From Bdellovibrionota bacterium (lineage in GTDB: Bacteria > Bdellovibrionota_C > UBA2361 > JBGSMV01): 15,133 bases of DNA. Below are positions 8,240-15,133 of this stretch, piece after piece. Under the pieces are notes generated by a model. The model searched no databases. It was given only the letters and a program-made list of their open reading frames with translations, and was not told the origin of the DNA. A program made the translations under genes and the position numbers. How positions within the stretch are numbered: position 1 is the stretch's first letter; each line of letters opens with the position of its first letter. Where the stretch lies: the NCBI GenBank assembly GCA_044356455.1, contig JBIKWF010000107.1, forward strand, positions 1 through 15,133, given 5' to 3'.

Positions 8240-10405
8240 ATGGTTCCCCAGAAGGTCTCAAACATTGTCGTCGTGATAACACTCTTTGCGGTAGGACTGT
8301 ATCTTAGGATTCTTTTCGCCCAGTCAGATGGATACGCCGCGGATCTCACCCAATTCCTTAATTGGGCCGATCTCGGATATCAAGCCGGACTTTCCGAATT
8401 TTATGCCCGCACGAACTCGAACTATCCGCCCCTTAGCGCATTGCTCTTCTATGCAGTCGGATGGTACCGCGCTACTTTTGAACCTTTGGTTCTTGCCGGG
8501 TGGGGCCCACTTTCAATCCGACTGCCATTCATCTTGTCCGACGCCTTGGTAACCGTTTTGATCTATCGAGTCCTTGATATGGGGCAACGCTTCGAGAAAG
8601 CGCTAATAGTGCTTATCTGCTATTGGCTCAATCCGGCGGTTATTTGCGATACAGCCATTTGGGGGCAAACCGACGGCATGGTCCCTTTACTTATCTTGTG
8701 GGGGTTCCTCAAACTGAACGCCCACAAGCCTCTTCAAGCGGTTGTTCTCTCGGCCCTTGCCGTTAGCCTCAAGTTTCAGGCAATTACTATCAGCATGGCC
8801 GTACTGCTTTTTGCTATGCAACTCGCACGAACCAGTTGGCAGCGCATTGCAATGCCGTTCGTCTTTCTTGGATCAATCCTTGTAGTTATTATCCCATTCT
8901 CTCTGGGCAGCTCTTCTTTTCTTGGAGTCTTTACTCTCGCCTATTTGGGGAACATTTCTCCTCACGGCCCTCTGAGGTATTCCGCTATCAATTTTTGGGA
9001 GTTGGCCTCGCCCTATTTTATTTTTGATTCAACCCCCCTTATTTCCACCTGGTACGTTTCGCTCAGCGTAAGAAATTTCTCGCTCCTCCTATTTGGAATT
9101 ATTTTTACCTACTGCGTTGGTAGTGCGTTCTCTCGACCGCGAAAGCCTAGTCACCAGCTATTTGTATTGGGGCTTATTGCATGGGCATTTTTCTTTACAC
9201 CGACTCAAATTCGAGAGCGCTATGGGTTACCAGCGATTGCCTTTCTTGTTGCCGCTCTACCCTCCAGTCCGTTCGCCGGAGTGGGAGCTGCGTCTGTTAC
9301 ACTACTTTTCTTAACAACCACGCTATTTGGGGCAGGAGAAAGTGCGAGGCAGCTGATGGCGTTTCTAGGTGCCGCGAGCTTTCTATGCTGCCTTCTAGCG
9401 GTGGGAGCACCCTCGCGTCGCCCAACCGTCTGCGACTATTCCGCTAGTCACTTCTTTAATCGAACGCTGCTGACAGTGAATCGGTATGGACTTTGGATCA
9501 TAATGGGAGCCTTTGCTTGGCTCCTGCACCTCGGAAGCGCGCAACGGTTTTCCTCAACCACCGTGAAACTTAGAGACCTAACCGCTAGCAACACTAGCAC
9601 TATAGAGCTTTCCAATAACGACGCCACATACACCCTGCGAATTCCCGCATGCCTAGATGTGCTTTCCTTCTCATATTCGCATACAAACGAGAATAACCAA
9701 GTTGCCCGAGAAAACTGCGCGCCCACTCTCTCCTTTGCAATGGAGCATTCGGTTTTCGCATCACTTCATGAGGTCGATGATAGCACTGCCTCAAATCCCG
9801 CTTTCGAAATTATCCTACCTCGAGCGGCGGTCGCCAGAGACCTTGAAATACGCGCTTCGCAACGGGAGGAGTGTGCGAGTAGTTCTTATGTAAAGCTAGA
9901 GAATGTTACTTTCAAAGCTGCGCTTACAGAATCTCACCGGCTCTCCCACTCAGAGATAATGCTTTCGGACGTTTGCAGAACGTGGTCCATTTGGAGCCTT
10001 CTTGATTATGGCGCATGGAGCCCCGATAGATATTTTGACGGACAGGGTAGACTCGATAGCGTACATCAAAGTTATGATCGCGGAATAGGAATGCACGCCA
10101 ATGCGAGACTGACGTTTCCCGTTCCGGCAGGTTACGCTCGTTTTAAAGCTGAAGTTGGGTACGGAATTGGTGCAAAGCCCGTTGAAGGGAAGGTTCAACA
10201 AGAGTTCAGCGTGATACTCGATGGGGTAACCGCATATCGCTCGGGTCCAATTTCACCTCTTTCCCCCCCTCTTCTTGTTGATATTCCGCTGAAAGAAGCA
10301 TCCTATCTATCACTTTCTGTTGATTCTTTGGCTGAACCTTCCTTTGATCATGCCGTTTGGGGGAACGCTAGATTTACTCGACAAAGCGATGCTGATACTA
10401 ATTGA
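8240..10405 (+). CDS. GT-C membrane glycosyltransferase (Alg6/Alg8/PIG-M/GT87-like bacterial family) fused to C-terminal NPCBM/NEW2 domain(s)
   Basis: GT motifs: GYAADLTQFLNWA...FY...NYPPL, NPAVICDTAIWGQTD, LKFQA, AINFW, PTQIRERY. The C-terminus YDRGIGMHANARLTF...FKAEVG...FSVILDG..AYRSG...DHAVWGNARF is NPCBM-like. ATG 8240 (GAGG upstream, 7 nt after the previous stop) is preferred over the track's TTG 8201. Confidence 0.82.
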   Translation: MVPQKVSNIVVVITLFAVGLYLRILFAQSDGYAADLTQFLNWADLGYQAGLSEFYARTNSNYPPLSALLFYAVGWYRATFEPLVLAGWGPLSIRLPFILSDALVTVLIYRVLDMGQRFEKALIVLICYWLNPAVICDTAIWGQTDGMVPLLILWGFLKLNAHKPLQAVVLSALAVSLKFQAITISMAVLLFAMQLARTSWQRIAMPFVFLGSILVVIIPFSLGSSSFLGVFTLAYLGNISPHGPLRYSAINFWELASPYFIFDSTPLISTWYVSLSVRNFSLLLFGIIFTYCVGSAFSRPRKPSHQLFVLGLIAWAFFFTPTQIRERYGLPAIAFLVAALPSSPFAGVGAASVTLLFLTTTLFGAGESARQLMAFLGAASFLCCLLAVGAPSRRPTVCDYSASHFFNRTLLTVNRYGLWIIMGAFAWLLHLGSAQRFSSTTVKLRDLTASNTSTIELSNNDATYTLRIPACLDVLSFSYSHTNENNQVARENCAPTLSFAMEHSVFASLHEVDDSTASNPAFEIILPRAAVARDLEIRASQREECASSSYVKLENVTFKAALTESHRLSHSEIMLSDVCRTWSIWSLLDYGAWSPDRYFDGQGRLDSVHQSYDRGIGMHANARLTFPVPAGYARFKAEVGYGIGAKPVEGKVQQEFSVILDGVTAYRSGPISPLSPPLLVDIPLKEASYLSLSVDSLAEPSFDHAVWGNARFTRQSDADTN

Positions 10406-10531
10406 GTCACGATGTTCGTGACAATCTCTCTAGGACGACCTTCGGCTCCTAGATTCCGGTTCCGCAACTTTTTATTCTATATCGGCTCCTTTATCTTCTC
10501 GAACTTCCGCCATCGTTTGTTCTAATGAAAG

Positions 10532-12778
10532 ATGGAACTAATCGCTACTAATCTCTTGGGGAATTCTTCAAAGAGCAACGCAATGTCCCAAGCAGGTCTC
10601 TTCCTCATTCTTACATCTACTGCATCGTTGTGCGCTATCGAATTTTTGCGCACAGAATTGAATCAGTGGCCGCATTGGCTATCATTTCTATCTCTTGTTT
10701 GCTGGTCACTTTTTCTATTCGGATATGTGATCTCATGGATGGGGGCACTTGGTCAGTGTCGAATTGCAGCTGTAGCTTGGTGGTTGGGAGGCGCCGCGTG
10801 CTCTTCCTTAATGCTCTTGGGTGTAGCATTTGCGTATGGCATCATTGGAAGGGGCGCGCATCCTGACCAAATATGGACCTACCAGGGGATGCAAAGATCT
10901 CTAAATTTTGAGAATCCGATAGCCTTCACTGGCTTAGCACAACACTATTTCGAGCCAGCGGGCATGCTCCTCTCGATGATACCTGGAGCGCTCTTTAGCC
11001 CCTGCTCGACCGGTTCTTTCGCCGCATTCCTGGGTCCGGCTATGATCCTAGGCTTGCTAGTATCTTTAGGAAGTCAACTTCTTCTACCGAATCAATCAAG
11101 ATTCACCCGGTTTTTATTCACCTTGCTTACCTCTGCCTTGATGGTGAATCGCCTTTCTATTCAGGCCTTATATACATTTCCTTATGCATTCGCAGGCATA
11201 GTCGGGAGCCTTGCGGTACTTTTGTGGGCGCTCGAAGCTGACGTGCGTTTGCGCATGTCGATTGTGAGCCTTTTAGGAATTCCGGCATTCTTGTCACATT
11301 TTATAGGCATCTTTAATCTTTTCCCTATTCTCCTTCTGTTTTTATTTTTTGACCTAGTTTCATGCCGGAAGACTCCGCCTCTACCTGTTCTTTCTTATTT
11401 AAGCATGCCGCTATTCTTTCTCCTTACGACCTTTACTTCACCGGAGCATTCTCTCGTAAAACGATTGTCCGAGCTTACGTGGGCGACCCCCCAGCCCGGC
11501 GCTCCCGAGCAAGCGCTAGAGAAAATTGTTTCTCGTTCGGAGAGTATTTTTGAACTTCTCGAAACGCAGAGAAGGCAGTGGTTCGTAGCCGATCAAGCAT
11601 GGTTCAATTTTCTTGATATAGCTCCTCTCTCTTCGCCAATATGGCAGATGATACTTTGCGTGCTTTCTCTACTTTTAATCAAATTAGACAATCGTAGTCG
11701 CCTGCGTTTTCTGTTCGCGATCGCCAGTTCATTAACAACATGTCTCATAGTACAAATTGTTACCGACAACGATCTTCGCCGATTTGCGTTTGCAGGTTTC
11801 CTGTTGTTAACCGTTACGCTGCATGCCTTAGTACTTTTGGCTTCGAAGTTCCCGAGCAGGGCATCCTATATCGCTGTTTTTGTTTGCCTTATTTCGCTCG
11901 TCTCAGACTCTGCGGTGCTATCGAGAGCAAGTCCCCAGCAGTACCTTTCCAGCCCAGCAAGTTTTGACGTCGCCAATCTTATCGCTCAATCTGACTTGGC
12001 TTTGCTCGGGAGCCCTACTGCGATTATTGGCACGTTAGAAGATTTGGCTCCGTTCTATCTTGTCCCAGGCGATCAAACTTGTGCGAGTAAAGTCCCCGTG
12101 ATTCGGCTATGGCCACGATTCGCATGTGAGTCCTCTCTTGATAGCGTCTATTCGCTAGTGCCAGCACTTAATCGTGGGAATGTGATATGGGCGCACAATC
12201 ATAAAATTTGCGATCTTACGAAAATGTTCGCAGATAGCGGCATGCAGGAAATCTGGAGAAGCGCTGACGGCCGGACCGTCATACACAAGTTTCTGCAATC
12301 CGACTTACAACAGTTAAAGAAAGTACGTTGGTCCTCGGCCCCGTACGGGCTCACGATGGAAGTCGATGGCTATTGGTCACTTCCTATCGAGCAAGAGTGG
12401 GGACGCCCCCTCTTTGATAAGGCACTCAATGGCGATAAAATAATCGTCGAGGGCCAGACCTACGAAAGAGGCGTCTGCTCGCATGCGCGAGGACTTATCA
12501 AGTTTAATCTTGACGGAAATTGCTCGCGCTTTAGTTTTACGGCGGCTGTCCCCGACTACCTTTCTAGCTCTCCTTGGCTAAGCATTCAATTTTCTGTAGC
12601 CGGAGACCAAAAACTCCTTTGGGAATCTCCCGTCGTTACAAAGGGGGGTAAGCGTTTCTCCAAAGATCTATCTGTAAATGGAATGAAGGAATTATCCTTG
12701 ATACTGAAGGATGTTGATGGAGTAAACTTTGAAGATCATGGCTGTTGGTTAGATCTCGCTCTGGCTTGCTCAAAGTGA
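10532..12778 (+). CDS. Polytopic membrane protein, divergent GT-C-like, with a C-terminal NPCBM/NEW2 domain
   Basis: About a dozen hydrophobic segments, AHPDQ after the first TMs (compare HPDE in GT39-like proteins) and RRF near the last TMs. The C-terminal WGRPLFDKALNGDKIIVEGQTYERGVCSHA...FSVAGDQKLLWES...NGMKELSL...DHGCW is clearly NPCBM-like. The start could be 10532 or the later ATG of MSQAG. Confidence 0.7.
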   Translation: MELIATNLLGNSSKSNAMSQAGLFLILTSTASLCAIEFLRTELNQWPHWLSFLSLVCWSLFLFGYVISWMGALGQCRIAAVAWWLGGAACSSLMLLGVAFAYGIIGRGAHPDQIWTYQGMQRSLNFENPIAFTGLAQHYFEPAGMLLSMIPGALFSPCSTGSFAAFLGPAMILGLLVSLGSQLLLPNQSRFTRFLFTLLTSALMVNRLSIQALYTFPYAFAGIVGSLAVLLWALEADVRLRMSIVSLLGIPAFLSHFIGIFNLFPILLLFLFFDLVSCRKTPPLPVLSYLSMPLFFLLTTFTSPEHSLVKRLSELTWATPQPGAPEQALEKIVSRSESIFELLETQRRQWFVADQAWFNFLDIAPLSSPIWQMILCVLSLLLIKLDNRSRLRFLFAIASSLTTCLIVQIVTDNDLRRFAFAGFLLLTVTLHALVLLASKFPSRASYIAVFVCLISLVSDSAVLSRASPQQYLSSPASFDVANLIAQSDLALLGSPTAIIGTLEDLAPFYLVPGDQTCASKVPVIRLWPRFACESSLDSVYSLVPALNRGNVIWAHNHKICDLTKMFADSGMQEIWRSADGRTVIHKFLQSDLQQLKKVRWSSAPYGLTMEVDGYWSLPIEQEWGRPLFDKALNGDKIIVEGQTYERGVCSHARGLIKFNLDGNCSRFSFTAAVPDYLSSSPWLSIQFSVAGDQKLLWESPVVTKGGKRFSKDLSVNGMKELSLILKDVDGVNFEDHGCWLDLALACSK

Positions 12779-13008
12779 CTGTTCGAAAGTTTTGAATGCT
12801 TGATTCAGCAGGATAATGAGAATGACGATCCCCTCTATTGACCTGCCTCGATTTTATTCAGTGCCAGATAAGCTAAAGGTTACCGCTTAAGCATTTAACG
12901 AGAGCGCGGGAAGAGCATTTGTTAACAAAATTCAACCTTGAAGTGCCGGGTATTATCTGGCAAGTTTTAAGCGAGCTCGAAGGATAATTTTACTTTGAAA
13001 GTACCCAA

Positions 13009-14874
13009 ATGGGTCCACAACTGTCACGATGTCTGAAAGTCGCCAAAACAGTATTGGGGCTTTCGATTCTTTGTTTTCTTTTCGCTCTTCTGCAAACTCG
13101 TTATGGTGGCCAAAATCTTTACGACTCGAATTCTGACCAATTGCTGCCTCAATGGAATATTTATCTCGTATGTGAATTCTTAGTCGTAGCTGTTTCAATT
13201 GCGGTCTTTGGACGATTAACTGCGGTTCCCAAGGGCCCACTTCTACACTCTAGCATTAATCGCAATTTGATTGTTTGGCTTGTCACCATCGGCCTGCTCC
13301 TTGGGATTGCAGCGAGGGTCTTCGCAATCGAAAGAATGCCCCCTGGACTCTACCAAGATGATGCAACCAACGCGCTAGAGGCCTGGGCATTAACTGAAGA
13401 TTCTCGATTCACTGTCTGGTCAGACAGCGTTGGCGGAAGAGGAACCCTGTTCCTCTATTACCTTGGGGCCTGGCTTCACCTATTTGGCTTCACGGTTTCG
13501 GCGCTACGACTTGCCGCGGCGTTTATCGGTGTTTTAAGTTTAGCAACTATCTCGCTCCTCGCATATCGATTGTTCGGGGCACGAGTAGCAATTCTGGCTC
13601 TTTTTCTTGTTTCGATTTGCAGATGGCATCTAATCTATTCGCGATTGCCCTGGGAGGCTATCTGCGTCCCATTCTTTCAATCGTTAACACTCTGCTTCTT
13701 ACTTTATGCAGTTCATACGACCGACCGTCGCCATGTGCACATCCTCTCTTCAGCAGCTGCTGGGATCTGTTTTGGTCTCGGTTTCTACACTTATATGGGA
13801 TACCGGTCTTTCGCAGCTGTGCCCCTATTTTTTCTATGCACTTTGCCTTTCAAGGCTGGCGCTACTCGCAAGTCGATTGACATTTGCGGCGCATTCGCTA
13901 TTGCGTTCTTTATTGTATGCCTGCCACTCATTATTCTTGGAATAGCTAGTCCGGATAAGGTGATGCAACGCTTCGAGGAGGTTTCCATAATCTCCCAGAT
14001 AGAAACTTCTGGGAACTGGTGGATAGCCGTACACCAGTTCTTCCGAAATCTACTAATGTTTAATGTTCGTGGAGACTATGTCACCATCCGAACTAATCTC
14101 CCCATGGAGCCACATTTCGACATTGTGACTGGTTCAGGTTTCTTGCTGGGGGTCGTATGGGCAGTATCCAATATACGTTGCCGGCATGCTTCTTTACTCC
14201 TGTGGTGGTTGCTGACCGGAATTTCAGCTGTGAGTTTAACATACGATGCTCCACACACTACTCGTTCGATAGGAGTCTTCGTTCCCTCAGTTATACTCGC
14301 CGCGATTGGGATAGATTGCATTGTGCGCACTATTAATTCTGCTATTGCGCCGAGACTCGCATCTCTCTGTGCAATAGCCTTGGTTGGAACTGCGGGCTAC
14401 CTCAATTGCTACAAGTATTTTGTTTTGACGCCGCGCGATGAAAGAGCATATGAGTACTTCAATGTAAGAGCTGTAGAAGTTTCTACCCTGGTTAGAGAGC
14501 TTAAATCCTCGGGAAATGAGGTATTTTGGTCAGAAGCGATCGCGTATCGAAGCCAACCCCAAGCGGATTTTTTCTTCCGCGGCGAAGTTCCAGTTCGCAA
14601 ACTGAATATTGAAACTTGGGATGAATCGCAAGCACGGAATTTGCAGAACTTTCGTTCAAAAGGCGTGCTTTTGTTAGGGACAGAAGAGGAGGCTTCTTTC
14701 GCTCGAAAGAACCGAATTGGAAGTGACGAATGGCTAGTGTTTTGCTCCCCCCCGGCACAATCAAAGATTTGGGTAGTTCCATTCAGTAAAGAAGTAGCGC
14801 TACCGGAGAGGGGAAAACTAGAAAGGATTATTCGTCAAGAGGTCTATTCAAGTTCGATTCGCAGTTGTAGCTAG
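13009..14874 (+). CDS. ArnT/PMT_2-like (GT39/GT83) GT-C glycosyltransferase
   Basis: PPGLYQDDATNALEA (family pattern PPGL..DEA.N), GRGTLFLY, LFGFTVSALRL, WHLIYSRL, GLGFYTYMGYR, RNLLMFNVRGD...RTNLP..P.FD, APHTTRSIG; 621 aa. Confidence 0.88.
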   Translation: MGPQLSRCLKVAKTVLGLSILCFLFALLQTRYGGQNLYDSNSDQLLPQWNIYLVCEFLVVAVSIAVFGRLTAVPKGPLLHSSINRNLIVWLVTIGLLLGIAARVFAIERMPPGLYQDDATNALEAWALTEDSRFTVWSDSVGGRGTLFLYYLGAWLHLFGFTVSALRLAAAFIGVLSLATISLLAYRLFGARVAILALFLVSICRWHLIYSRLPWEAICVPFFQSLTLCFLLYAVHTTDRRHVHILSSAAAGICFGLGFYTYMGYRSFAAVPLFFLCTLPFKAGATRKSIDICGAFAIAFFIVCLPLIILGIASPDKVMQRFEEVSIISQIETSGNWWIAVHQFFRNLLMFNVRGDYVTIRTNLPMEPHFDIVTGSGFLLGVVWAVSNIRCRHASLLLWWLLTGISAVSLTYDAPHTTRSIGVFVPSVILAAIGIDCIVRTINSAIAPRLASLCAIALVGTAGYLNCYKYFVLTPRDERAYEYFNVRAVEVSTLVRELKSSGNEVFWSEAIAYRSQPQADFFFRGEVPVRKLNIETWDESQARNLQNFRSKGVLLLGTEEEASFARKNRIGSDEWLVFCSPPAQSKIWVVPFSKEVALPERGKLERIIRQEVYSSSIRSCS

Positions 14875-15022
14875 GACATGAGGCTACGAGGGATACGGCA
14901 GAACCTAGCTTTCAGATACAAAAAGATTATTCACCCCAAGCTGGAACCTCCGGGAACTCAAGAGCGAAAAGCCTGCACCCTCAAACAATAGAATCGTAAC
15001 CTTGAGTGTATCCGTATCCGTC

Positions 15023-15057
15023 CTCCCGCGCTCAGGTAGAGAGTGGGGAGTTTTTTT
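15023..15057 (+). terminator. Putative intrinsic terminator
   Basis: Imperfect GC-rich stem CTCCCGCGCTC-AGGTA-GAGAGTGGGGAG followed directly by T7. Confidence 0.45.
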
Positions 15058-15092
15058 GAGAGAAGAGCCCTGCCGAGAAGGAGGGCAGGTGC

Positions 15093-15133
15093 ATGAAGAG
15101 CAGAGCCGAACATTGGCGCGCGGAGGTCGAGGA
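15093..15133 (+). CDS. tnpA: IS66-family accessory protein TnpA, N-terminus only
   Basis: Strong SD AAGGAGG at 15078-15084, then ATG: MKSRAEHWRAEVE..., matching the 'R.E.W...VE.W..SG' start of IS66 TnpA. Only 13 codons are visible. Confidence 0.55.
   Translation, partial: MKSRAEHWRAEVE

Larger units (their letters stand above)
14996..15133 (+). mobile_element. Probable left end of an IS66-family insertion sequence (truncated by window)
   Basis: Candidate terminal IR starts are GTAACC at 14996 or GTATCCGTCC at 15014 (IS66 ends typically begin GTAA(G/C)CGTCC). A TnpA-like ORF start follows 79-97 nt later. Confidence 0.55.

Noticed and set aside
10406..10422. GTCACGA-TGT-TCGTGAC inverted repeat after the stop codon; GTCACGATGT recurs at 13023
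   Set aside because: A short stem with no U-tract. 10-mer recurrences are expected by chance in 15 kb.
12918..12929. 12-bp palindrome TTTGTTAACAAA, and TTACCGCTT shared between 5815 and 12880
   Set aside because: Both are within chance expectation. The shared 9-mer is in opposite orientation relative to the downstream genes and does not match the ops consensus.
448..14782. Numerous short overlapping or antisense ORFs in the track, including 5846-6073 and 5973-6194
   Set aside because: They are shadows of the long CDSs or lack recognisable motifs and ribosome-binding sites.
1..15133. CRISPR arrays, tRNA, rRNA
   Set aside because: No regularly spaced repeats or RNA-gene signatures were seen.

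Overview
This is bacterial DNA with three parts. (1) 1-1784: a COG1373-type AAA_14/DUF4143 ATPase gene is bracketed by two diverged copies (111 bp, 10 mismatches) of the 3' end of a HepT/DUF86 HEPN RNase gene. Both copies appear 5'-truncated. (2) 1818-14874: a roughly 13 kb array of five large polytopic membrane proteins, all resembling GT-C-fold (lipid-phosphate-sugar-dependent) glycosyltransferases. A 1325-aa GT39/PMT_2 + DUF2298 (YYY) fusion on the minus strand is divergent from four plus-strand genes. Two of those four carry C-terminal NPCBM/NEW2 (CBM51-like) carbohydrate-binding domains. The predicted catalytic acidic motif differs between paralogs (DE, DE, D, DQ, DD), and no donor-synthesis or flippase gene lies in the window. 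(3) About 14996-15133: the probable left end of an IS66-family element, with the start of tnpA running off the window. The GT-C array is the best candidate for an undescribed envelope or protein glycosylation system. All family calls come from motif recognition by eye, not database searches.
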